Source: Antedon mediterranea
Lineage: Eukaryota; Animalia; Echinodermata
Assembly: GCF_964355755.1 (NCBI RefSeq)
Contig: NC_092673.1
Location: forward strand, 8,246,001-8,310,000
Length of the DNA stretch: 64,000 nt
Direction: 5' to 3'
Under the pieces are notes generated by a model, which did no database searches, was not told where the DNA came from, and saw only the letters and a list, made by a program, of their open reading frames with translations. Positions 1-12,700 of the stretch are shown here, in pieces. How positions within the stretch are numbered: the stretch's first letter is position 1; the number at the start of each line of letters is the position of its first letter. The position numbers and the translations under genes were made by a program.

Positions 1-722
1 ATTGTATTGGAATATATAAATCTATATTTCAGACTAATATCTTTGCAACACTGATCCAAAATAATACAGAATTTAACATTAATTAATAATACATGTACAG
101 TATTTCTCTGTAGTTTTAGATAGAAAGTGCAAAGACAACGGTCTTTATTTCAGAACAGAAATTTTAATTTGCACTAAAAACAACAATCTTCAAACTACAG
201 AGCAACAAAATCCATGTTCAAACTATTTTTAAACTGCATTTTATTTGATGATGGTTTGAATTGTTTATTCCATGATTCACACAGATGTTTACTAGTACAG
301 TAGTAGTAATACTACTTGTGATTAAAACCACAAAACATTTAAAGGCAAAGCAATAAATGGATAGCAGTATACACACCACATTACAGAATCTATTTTGGAA
401 TGAACAATACATTTTACACCAAAAAAAAGTGAACTGATTTTTTTTTTATTTATTTAATCCATTCCAATTCAACAGCGAATCATCGCCACTATATACTCAT
501 TTTTTTTTTCTATTTTAAAGAAATTTCAATTAACTCAAAGGTGGTTCGTTGTGAACATTTTGTTCTTTTAGGATTCTCTTTAATCATATAAAATTCATGG
601 TATGTATTTTTTCAGATTAACTTATTTTCAATTGTCATTTGACCAGAAATTCATACTGTAGTGTAATAAACTTCATACTTTTATATAAATAATGAAAATA
701 ATGATAATCCCCTTGATCTTAC

Positions 723-787
723 CAAAGGACCAAGCTTGGGTCTTTTTTCTTCTTGTCTTTGCCGATGTTTTAATATCAATTCATTTA
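723..787 (-). CDS. COP1: COP1 coding exon 4
   Basis: TTACAG acceptor; (L)NELILKHRQRQEEKRPKLGPL (human VNELILKQKQRFEEKR); GTAAG donor. Confidence 0.92.
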
Positions 788-3700
788 CTGTAAAAAAAGA
801 AATGTCAAATAGTATTTAAACTGTATGTACAGTTTTTGTTGCTACAGAATGTGATGGTCAAATACATTGTAGAAATGGTTTAAACCCATATACTGTAGCT
901 TATGTTTTATTAGGGAATACAGTACATTTTAATAAATCATTAATTATAGTACAGCAAGATACACAATAACGTAATAAATCCATAGTATAAAATAATAGCC
1001 ACTCATAGGATTTCAACAAAATTAAGTGGCATTGGAATTGCAAAACCGTTTTCCTGTCTAGATTTAAAAGAAGACTAGAGATTGTATAGTAGTAGTGGTT
1101 TCAACATTATTCTAGTCCCATGGTAGTTGTAACGAATCCTTAAATGATCAGAGCATCTAGCACTCACAACAGCCTCTCTACAGGCTAAGCTTATGACTGC
1201 GGAACAGGTAATGGCAAAATGATGACTTCCACAACCGTTTATCCAGCCACGTTTTTTTTTATTTGTACTGAATGGCAGAAGATTAATCCATACATTAGCT
1301 AGACAGGATGTCAGGTGATATAATGTTCTTCCTGTGTGTCCTCTCTTTTTTTTTAAAAAAGATTTAATACAACAATTTATCAAAGTTCAATTTCTTTCTT
1401 TAAAACCATTACATTGATATTGGCATTGTAAAATACCAATTTATGTATGGCACAATGAATGCTGATTGAAACAAAGAAATGATGTGTAAATGTGTTTAAT
1501 TTCCATGTAATTAATAGTGTATACCTCGACTTTGAGATATTTGTAGAAGGAAAAACAACAAAGTGCAATTTCTTTATCAATCAATAATTGCTTGGTGGAG
1601 CAGATCACCTATTATTTAGGATTAAAGATGTTTTTCAGTCCCCCAAAAACATGAAAAATGAAGATTAATAAATAATAATAATAATCAAGTTAATCACTTC
1701 TATAAAAAAAACCAAAAAAAAAAACCAATTTTTTCAGTGTTCACTTTATATAAAGACAAAATACACGGTTAAATTCTGAATTTAACCGTTTTTTCAGGTA
1801 AAAAATTATTTTTTAGATCCAATTTTTGGTCATAAAAAAGAAGAAAAAATCTTAATTTATAGTTCGTATTTGTTGATATTGCAAAATTTTGGGCCAAATT
1901 AATCCCATGTTTATTAAGGAATAAATGTCCCAAATTAAAATAGAGGAAGAAGAAATAATCTTGTATAGCTATCAATATCATTATCATGTAATGAACAGCA
2001 GTTTCTTGTACTGTAGTAGGGGTATTGATAACAGTACACTATCATCTGGTTAAAAATATATACAGTAGTATTGAAAAGCTTAATCTGCGGAGTGGGACAC
2101 ATTGTTCAACGTTTACCTCCATACTTCCTGTTTAACTAAATGACAATTACAGCTTAATATCTCTAATTTTACTATTACATGGCCATAAATCTTCCCCCAG
2201 TGGAAATTAATTGTTACAGGCCGGATAAAGCTGCCTTACTACTACATTTAAACATCTATAAATCATACAATAACCTATAAAACAACAAGTATAGCAACAG
2301 GGTGATCATATCAATCATTTCTATTGACAAAATACATCAATAAAATTGAATAGAAATCATCATTTTATAATTAATTAATTTGATTTTTAACAAGTGGATC
2401 TTCTTCAGAATAATACAAACATAAACATCCTTGTTGTCAGCATGGAATACATTTACTCCACTCCACTTTAATTATTAAAGCTACAATACATTCTCTATGT
2501 TTTTTCTATCACAAACTGCATTTTATATAAATTTAAATTCTATATTGAGATAATGCAAATTGTAAAAATGTGAAATAAAGTTTTTAATAATTTAAGCGCT
2601 ATAAATCCTAGAATGCATCACGCAAAGATATTTTCTTTTTGCGTCTGTTTTCCCCCAACTTTTGATTGATTACAAAAGTAAAACAAATGGAAGAACTCTA
2701 ACTTTTCAGCGGAAATATTAGGCTTTCCCGAAAGACAAAATACAGCAACTAGACAACGACAGGTTAGGCCTATAGCTACAGTAGTGTACGATTTTCATAC
2801 ATTAACAATGTTTACCAGGTACGCCTAACATACTAAGTCTACAGTAGCTCTAAAGTACTCTAGGCATAAAGACTGCCCATGACAAGGACATTTGACGCAA
2901 ACTACTGTTACAGTAGGTAGTACATTGTTTTTCTCTTTTTATCCTAATTATAAAAATAAAACGCACATTTAATACAAGGACCTGGATTAATGTTTTTAAA
3001 GTAATAGATCATGCAAAAGGTCGGAAATTGTAGGGAATGTGGCTATAATATTAATAGAGTTTTAATTTTTTTAACAAATGTGCAGCTTACCAATCTATTT
3101 TATTATAGGCCAGTACGAACCTGACTTGTTTCTGTTGCTTAAAGAATAAAAACGTCTGATGTCTCCTGAATAGGGATTAACAATTAATAACATTATGCAA
3201 CATAACAAGATTAAATGCAAAGCTACTTACATGAAAAATTTGGAAATATTTGGTCACTTTTATCTATGAAAAAATTGCACTTTGGACAACGGTTGCTCTC
3301 TACCAAACTTTTAGTAATACACTTGAAACTATAAAATAAGGGAAAAAAAAGAAATACACATTTTAATAATGAATATAATTATTCAAAATCATATTTTAAA
3401 AAATAGAATAGAATAATGGTCATTCACATACTGTACACAAAATAATGATTAACTGAAACTGAAAATATTGAAAGATTGACTGATTTTATTTAATAAGGCA
3501 GAATCCAGATAGAACAGTACAATCTTTCATTCAATGAATGAATATTCTCTCTATTCAATAAAAAAAAAATTAATTAATTATTACTTGTAATAATTTATTT
3601 TATCACACAAATCAGGCAATATCATCTAGTAGTATCCCACTAATTCCAAGGAATAGCCTACAGTAGCAACCTCCTTTATGGACTACTAGTCAGCGGTATG

Positions 3701-6700
3701 CAGTAAGGTACAGTAAGCTTAAGACTGTTTTCCCAAAAATTCAACTTCTTGTTGTTCATTGTTTCCACCTTGATGGAAAATCAGAAAGATGACAGGAAAG
3801 TTAACTGATTGCTAGTATTATTAGTTAGTCCATCGGCCTCCAAAAATTTAGCTTAGGATGAATTTATTAAGATAGGCTTTGAGTTGTCATTCGGAAAGCT
3901 AAAAAGGCAAAAGTGCCAATAGGCAATTTGCTATTTACGATTGCGGGAATGATCCTACAGTATGTAGCATTTTTAACTTGATAAGTTAGCCCAAGATTAA
4001 TTTTTTATGATACGTAAAATACTAAGAAATTTCATTTTATGTACAAAAAAGACTGAAAAATCAGTAGTTACACAGTACTGAACATACAGTATATTATAAA
4101 ATTTAACAAGAGCATTTACAGAGTTGCAACCTCTGTTAGGATAAAAATCCATCTTGTTATTTTTTATATGGCCTAAAATTGGTCCGAGTCTTCAGTGACC
4201 ACGGTTGACTATGGTTTAAATGTGGGTAATTCAGATCCGTCTTACTGTTATATAGTAGAATACTAAAAAAAAGTTTGCCTCCAATTTAGAGAGTCATCTA
4301 CTGTATGATCACAAATGGCTTTTACTGTACTGTAGTTTTGTCGTTATCCTGCTAACCGACAAACGCACACAAATATCTCAGACAAAAATACAACTTCCTA
4401 GACGGACGTAATAGTGAATAGCATTTGATAAAATTTAAATGTGTTAAAGTTCTGTTATTCTTCTATTTCTACAAAAATCCTTAAAAAACTTTTTAAAACA
4501 TAATAAATGAATTAAAAAGTACACATGAGTGCTAGACAGAAATACTGTACTCTACACAACATAGAACAACTACATACACTAGATGTGAATGGCTACAGAT
4601 TGCTTTCATTTTAATTTGCAGTTATATCATTCAATTCATTTCATGCACAGGAAATTTGAAAATCCTTAATTCACATTAATTTGACAAGACCTGAAATTCT
4701 CTTTTCATTTTGTAATTTTATATTTAATACATATTAATAATTCAAAACAGTATAGTCAGTATGACAAGCCTCTATTGGTAGACCAATTTGAAAACGGGAT
4801 GCAGGCAAATCATGTAAGCAGATCCAATGGCCGCTCCCTTGAAACATTTAGCACTTCCATTTAAGCCAAAAAGAAAAATTGTGTTGGCCACGCCCAACTG
4901 ACCCTAAACGGACGAAAATGAAGGTCGGCATTTTTTTTTTAGAATACTGCTACATCTAAAAAGTTCTTTAACAAGTTTAATACTGTACAATACAACTTAC
5001 TATGTAGATTCAATGTGCAAAGTTTCTATTATTAAATAGCAAAGTCTGTACTACAACAGTAAGTCACAATCAAGGCATTAACGGGTTGACAAGAAGGGAA
5101 ATTAATACTAAATAACACACCATAAAAATAAGCATAAAGCTATTATCAGAGATTATAGGTTGCAAAGTGTTCTACTTCGCATGGTTTGATTTGTGCAAAT
5201 TTAATTTCACCTTTCAGGACACCTACACTTTGCAAATTGATAATTTCAAATTTCTAATCACTGTTGGAATTTTCATACAACTATAGGAAATTGGAACTAA
5301 TCTAAAAGCATGGAAAGTGACTTTGAACACATTTTTAAGTTCATGCAATATGAATGAATCACAAATGCTACACACAGTATGGCTGTAAATCATAGAATAT
5401 AGAATGACTACTATTATTATTTCTACTAAAAATCAGTAGCTTGTAAAATTAGTTTATATATATATATAGTTTATTTATATATTCTACTCTGTAATGTAAA
5501 TGTTGGAATACTATGAATTATTAAAATGATTTGTTTTTGGTTAGTTTTCTTTTAATGTGTTGCTTTTGGCATTGGTTATTAGTTTTTGTAACAGTATACT
5601 CAGTCAATCGCCACCAAAAATAATTACAAAACATATTATTAGGTATTCACAGAAATGCACAAACATACTTCAGTGTTATCCCCAGGCCTTCGAAGCGTCA
5701 CGGTACTGTGACGCTAGGGTTCTCTACCGTGACGCTTTACAGTCGGCTGTGACGCTTAAAACCTTATCCGTGACGCTTAAAAATATCAACCAATCTAAAA
5801 ATAGATTAATAACAGCCAGGTACTTTCTAGAGTTGAGGCGCAGCATGCATAAAGAGCATAATGCATACGAAACATGTGACATGACCACTAGACGTACGAT
5901 ATTACAAGCCAAGAAACAAAAGACTGCGTAACAAAGTGTTATTTATAACAACTGAGATGCGCTTTCAACGGCTGCCGCCGAGAGATGTAAGCATGTGTTT
6001 TGTTACTGCCATGTCTCTCTTTCGATTTCTAGTAGTATTGGCTGTTGACTGAATCATCTACACTAAAAATGCGGTAACTTGTATATTGTATTTTATTGTA
6101 TAAAAGTTTTCAGTTAAAACAATGATTGATTGTATTGTTTTTCTTGTAAAAATAAATATCAATGATATTTTCAATATCACACTGAATTAATCGATCACTC
6201 TCTATGGATCTGTGGGATTTACTCTTTCGTCGGTAATGTACGCACATCATCAAATGACAAAGGCACGATTGATTTGCTAGGCGCAATTCATTGCTAGCTG
6301 CTTTGATCGTATAATACATTCAAGTAGGCTACGATCATGCTGTTTGCTTGCGCGCTATGAAGTGTCCTTTCTGGCCAACTACAGAGTTGTCCTACTGATG
6401 AGTAGGCATATTTTTTTTTTCATTGGGGACTTCCCCTTGACGTTCGTAATAAACGCAAAAAATGTTTTCTTATCGCGTATTTTTACCGGCGGAAAAAGTA
6501 GGTTACGATCGTGCTGTTTGCTAGCGCGCTATGAAGTGTCCTTTCCGGCCAACTACATACAGGGTTGTCCTACTGATGAGTAGGAATATTTTTGTTTTCA
6601 TTCGGGACTTCCCCTTGACAGTCGTAATGAACGCAAAAAATGTTATGTTTACCGGCGGAAAAAGTAGGCTACGATCATGCTGTTTGCTTGTGCGCTATGA

Positions 6701-9700
6701 AGTGTCCTTTCCGGCCAACTATAGAGTTGTCCTACTGATGAGTAGGAATATTATTTTTTTCATTCGGGACTTCCCCTTGACAGTTGTAATGAACACAAAA
6801 AAAATTTTATGTTCACCGGCGGAAAAAGTAGGCTACGATCATGCTGTTTGCTTGCGCGCTATGAAGTGTCCTATCCGGCCAACTACAGAGTTGTCCTACT
6901 GATGAGTAGGCCTAGTTTTATTTATTTATTTATTTATTTATTCGACTTCTCACTAACTCGGTTAGTGAAGGATCTGGACCAAAAGGTGGTAAACACCTCT
7001 AAAACGGTCCCTAACGTTCCTATTGAATGCAAAAACATTTTCTTTTCGCGCATGTTTACTGGCGGGAAAAGGTTACGATCGTTTTACTGTTTTCTAGCGC
7101 GCTATGAAGTTTTGTTCCCGGCCAACTAGAGTCACACTGATGAGTAGGCTTTATAGGCATATTTTTTTTTCATTGAGGACTTCCCCCTGACGTTCGTAAT
7201 GAACGCAAAAAATGTTTCTTATCGCGTATGGTTACCGGCGGAAAAGGTAGGCTACAATCGTTTTTCTGTTTGCTTGCCCGCTCTAAGTATAAGTTGTGTT
7301 TCCGGCCAAACTAGAGGTGTCATTCAACATGAATGTTACGTGCAAGAGTACCATTTCCGTGTACTTAGTGTCGGAATACCTCCCCTCCGGGGGGAAGCGT
7401 GACGCTTGATGTGAATCCTGGGGATAACACTGCATACTGTTTACAGAACTAAAAGATATGCACGAAAAAGTAAAATGTATTACAATACAGATATCCACAC
7501 AAAACATACAACGTAGTTGCCAAAAAAATGTGCAGAAAATTACAATTTAAGATGGGCACTGAAAATATAGAACTTGTTAACGGCTCGCACAAATACAGGG
7601 TTGTAGCTAAGAATTGTTGAGGGTGGAAAAAAAAATTGTGAGGGTGGTTTTTTACTAAGCTTACGAGCGAAGCGAGGAACTTAGGCTGGGGGCCAGGGGG
7701 CCGCCAAGGGCCCCCGGTCGGGGTTCAGGGGCCGAAGGCCCCTGAAAAAATTTGCTATATTGACCTTTATAAGACTCATTTTAATGATGGTTTATATGTG
7801 TAATTTTTTACATTTTTTTTTATTAATAATATTATCATTGTTCAGGTGAATGATTTTAATAAAGCAAAACATTACTTTTACCATGGACGTAATTATACGT
7901 ACCTCCCGGTTTATACCTCCATGCTTTGACAGTGTAAGTGTAGGCCTACCATTTGGACCTAAACATAACTGCCTTTGTGGTTAACTTGCCCCTGAAGAAC
8001 GCCTAGGCCTAGCTAGCTTGCATGAATTAAATAAATTTGTTCGATTTAGCCGAGAATATTTTTTCAAGATAAAAACCTCTTATTGATATTCATGCCGCAC
8101 AACAACCACGTAGAAAAGCATCACGATGTACTTACATGAACGAACGTACATTTCGCCAGGTCTGCGGCCTGGGCGATGAATGATCTAGGCTATCATCCGA
8201 GCCATACTACAGTATACTCGCGCTAATGATGTAATTCACAAAATAAAAAATAATAACAGTACAAGATATATAGTATGTTTCAATTCAATGTTTTTTTAAT
8301 AAATACACGTAGTCGGGAAGTTACTCCACAAAGCAGTCGGCGTGGAACGGTTGATTAGCCTACAGTTTAATTCGCCGGTTTTTTTAAATATTCTCCATGA
8401 TTCATTCATACAGCAGAGGAGATAAGAAAATCGCGCACAGCATGCAAAGCTAGCAAGCTGCATGCTCTCCTAGGTTGTGATGTTCACTCAAGTGGAACTT
8501 GAGCGTACCGTCCAATCAGCATTAAGTACATGACAGTTCTGCTTGGTTGATTTTCAAAGCTGTGTGTTTTGTGCTAGGCTAGCTGCATTGTGCAATGTGA
8601 GCTTGTGTTAGCTAGAATATGCCCGATATTTCGCGGAAAAAAAAGGAATTTAGGGTGGGCGGACAGGTACGTCTGACGCTGGGCGGAAGGCCTTAAAATT
8701 AGCTTTAGACTGGGCGGGAGGCTTTTAGGCAGGGCGGCCCCGCCCGGCTCCGCCCTGCACAATTACATCCCTGCAAATACCATGTTTGTATTGTGTTTTT
8801 TGTTAATACCAACAGTGGTGTTGGTAGTGCTATGGGTGCTGCTTACCTGGACAAACCGAAATAGCCCTCTCTCTACAAAATGAGGATACAATTAAGAAAA
8901 GAAAAAATTCCATTGAGCACGCCTATCGCATAATGGTTATCATTCGCAAATTGTGTAGGTACTCAACAGAATTTCTTCGTAATGGTATATCCTGAGAGAG
9001 AGGGCTATTGTGGGTAAATCCAGATAAGTGGGTAAATCCAGATAAGCAGGTATGATACCTGTATAGTCTACATAACCTGCATACCGGGCCTGCATATTAT
9101 CTAAAAACCATGCAAAAATCTATAAATTTATAGCTTACAATTGATTAAAATATTGGAATCTAAAAATAATAAATCCCTTCTGGCAAAATTGATTTTACAA
9201 TACACACCCTTCTGAAACCATCATCATCTCTTGACAAAAATCAAATAGGATAAAGTAGTTAGCTTTTACTGATTGAAGTACTTACCAAAAACTATGTCCA
9301 CATTTGGTCATGTGAGCTTCTTCAATAACTTCAAAACAAATGGGACTGAAATAAATAGAAATTTAAAGAATATTATTTCTCGCCAATAGCAATGAACCAT
9401 CCTCACAAAAAAAAACAACCAAGAATTGATCTTGAAAAAGAGAAATTTGTTTAAAATGCATTGAAATCACAGCCTCAATTTCAAAAATGAATCTGTGTTC
9501 ATGTCTGTACTGTAGTACAAATGCTAAAAATAACAGATTACAGTATACTGTAGATGGTGTGAATCAATTAACCCCAATTTCTTGGCAGCAGAAACAGGAC
9601 AAATTTCAATAAACAGTTAAATGTCAGCATTAAAAACATCCAAACACTTCCTTCCAGGGGCTAGAACACCATTAAACTGGTCATTTAAAAATGAATGATT

Positions 9701-12700
9701 ATTTCATTGACAGCTGTAGTATCTTCAATGTTTGATCGCATTGTATTTTGATTTAATGTAAATGTTAACTTTTTTGTCAACAACCAACCACAAATTTAAA
9801 CGCTATTTAATTTGGAAGCACAACTTTAGAAAAAATGCAGTAATTTTAAAAATTATACTTTTAATTAAACAGTTTATTAGGTGCTACAGTATGCAGCATA
9901 TGAAACACATTTTAAACACAGTAAATGTGAACATCATAATTAATGGAATTTACCAGACATTGTTTATCTGATCCTGCTGTTAAAAAAAGATTGGTAATTT
10001 CTTGTAAAAATTCATCTGAAATGGCTAGAGAAAGGCCTACATCAAGACCAAAAGTCATACTGGGACTATACACGGGGATGCCTCTTTGTCTGAAATCAGA
10101 CATAAATTTATAGGGAGTGGGATTATACTGATGATATACTGTATGGTATTAAACTGTAATTTCTGAGTGAAGAAATTTTAAGATGCAGTAATATGGATTT
10201 AGTATTTACTGTTTTAGTTACAGTATTTTCCCAACAGCGCAGTTCTGTATTTCTTTAAAAAAATACAATACATTAATACCTTCTCAGCTCTTTCTTTGTG
10301 AAAATGGGCAAATTTAATATACAGTACTTGATTTGTATAAAAACAATGTTTTAAATTTTATGTTTAAATACCAAAAAGGACAACTTCCAAAATGTTTTAA
10401 TTCTTTATTCAGTTTATTTGATAATTATCATACATACAGTATGAGACTAGAAATAAAGACAATATTATTGTATAAAATTAAAATCAATCTATAAGAAATA
10501 TAAGAGAGAGTAAAAATATATCAATATTTAAAAAACTATTACTAAATAAATGCATTAATAGTTATAAAGAAACAATATATCTTTGTGAAAACCACATTTG
10601 TAAAATATGTCTAACTTAGACATATATAACATCATCAGCTTGTATCTTTATCGTTTCAAATTAATTACATTTTCGTATATTCTGTGATGTATATTATATT
10701 ATAATAGTACGTTGTATTTTTTCCTTAATAATTTATTTACTACATGAAAACATTTTAGTAATATATTTGTAAATTTATATTTAAGTTAGGGTGCCACAGA
10801 TAAAAAGCTTTGCTTGCTTGTGGTTATCCTGTTTTTCACACTTTATTGTACTTTATTTTCTTTTCTTTTTTGATATTTTTTTATGAACGTTGTGTGAAAA
10901 ATAAAAGAATCAATCAATCAATCAGTAATTGAAAAACATGACTAAAAGTTATTACAGTACAAGTATCAATAATTTAAAACATTAAAATATTGAAAATCTC
11001 CCTAAATATTCTTATTATATTATAACATGGCATTTCAATATAAAGGTCTATTATGTGGTTCAATATAAATTTCTATTAATAGAATCTTTTGTCTGCGACT
11101 ATCTGGCAGCGAAACATCCACTGTAATAACTGAAGAGATGAGTCAGTATTCAATCTCATTACAATGATAATCTACTGTACTGTACATAGCAATAACCTTG
11201 TTGAAGACAGTCAATAAATAATTGTATTTTAAAACATTATTTTGGAGAATTTAATTTAATCCAAGAAAAAACATTTTGACATGATTTAATCATATTGTGC
11301 AAACAAATTTGTACTGAACGATTGAAGGATTCAGTTATTATTGATCAAATTAAAATCACATAAATTATGCACAAATAATTCTAGGATGAATTAATAATTA
11401 ATACATTAGTTTAATAATAACATAACATTGAAAATAATTGAAGATTCCAAACTAACAATTAAAAATAACATGTTTTAATATTTAAATTAAAATTTTTCTA
11501 GTAAATTAAAATTTTAAAAAACATCTTCAATTCTTAATTATTACTTGGCCAAATTTACATTTCTTCAACATCAAGTTTTAAATTATCAACAACAAAAATA
11601 CCACCAGATGTTATGTATTGACTTTACATTAAAATAAATAATTCCGATATTTTGTATTTTCCATATGGGTTGTATTGTAGTCAAAATATTAAATAACGTC
11701 CCCTGTGTTCAGGTGTAAAAAGGGGTTAGTGCATTTATAGTTTTTTTATTAAATAACACAGCAGACACTCAAATACTTGCATACTGTATACTTACAGTAA
11801 TTGACAATCTGTAGCAAATCAGCATGCAAAGTATAAAACCTAATTTTCTCTTTGTTTCTATTGTTATTCATGTATTGTTCAGACTTCATAGTAATACTGT
11901 ACTGTAGGTTACCTCAGGGAAGAATTAAATTGTAATTTAACTCTTCCCTGGTTACAATATTCTCCTAGTTTTAACACTTGATTAATTAACAGAGAGTGAA
12001 TAAGAGATTAACTGAGTTGGTTATTATATTGAGTTGTCACAAGCTAATCTGATGGTACACTACTGTAGGTACTGAACAGTACCGACTCTACACAGTATAC
12101 TGTAGTCTTTAATCTTTCATATCCCAGTATACTGTAGATCAAACTCTCAATGTTATAGGAAGAAGAATAACCACTACCTGTACACATAGGATTCAAACTA
12201 ACCGCTTACAGTATGTATTGAAATTAATTATAGAATTGAGTATGAAAAGTGTTTACTATGCTTAAAACAGATTCATACTCGCCCTACAGTAGATATCCTC
12301 AGGATTACTTTACCCAAGTTTCAGCTCGATTCGGAGCAATTTTGAATTTTTACCTTGACCTTTGACATCGCATGATATTGGGTGCCGCCCTCTTTGATAT
12401 CACATTAATAATAATATGGATTCTCTATCCTCACGAATACTTTAACCAAGTTTGAACACCATGCGATCCATCTGAATAAAGCCGGACAGACAGAGACGCA
12501 GAGATTCGTGAATTTACTGTACAGCAAAAAAGATACAGTACACTATTTTTCATACAAACAACTGTACAGACCAGTTGAGAGATAATGTTAATATTGAGGT
12601 CTACTGTACATTAATAATACTGTAGTTAAACTGAACCAAATCCAAGTTTACAACCGATGTACTTGATCATTGAACAGGTTCCTACCAATATAACCCACCC

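Noticed and set aside
1100-1350. Intronic sno/scaRNA in COP1 (vertebrate COP1 hosts SCARNA3)
   Set aside because: No convincing H/ACA or C/D box arrangement on the host strand; an Infernal search would be needed
6385-6500. Canonical hammerhead ribozyme or C/D snoRNA call
   Set aside because: CUGAUGA is present, but no CGAAA-stem III-UH can be built, and there is no consistent D box or terminal stem; kept only as a hypothesis in findings
6344-7402. Overlapping ORFs of 67-123 aa as genes
   Set aside because: They are translations of the tandem repeat unit in shifting frames
10087-10089. Selenocysteine recoding of the TG|A junction codon
   Set aside because: The downstream exon would be out of frame and no SECIS can be assessed in this window
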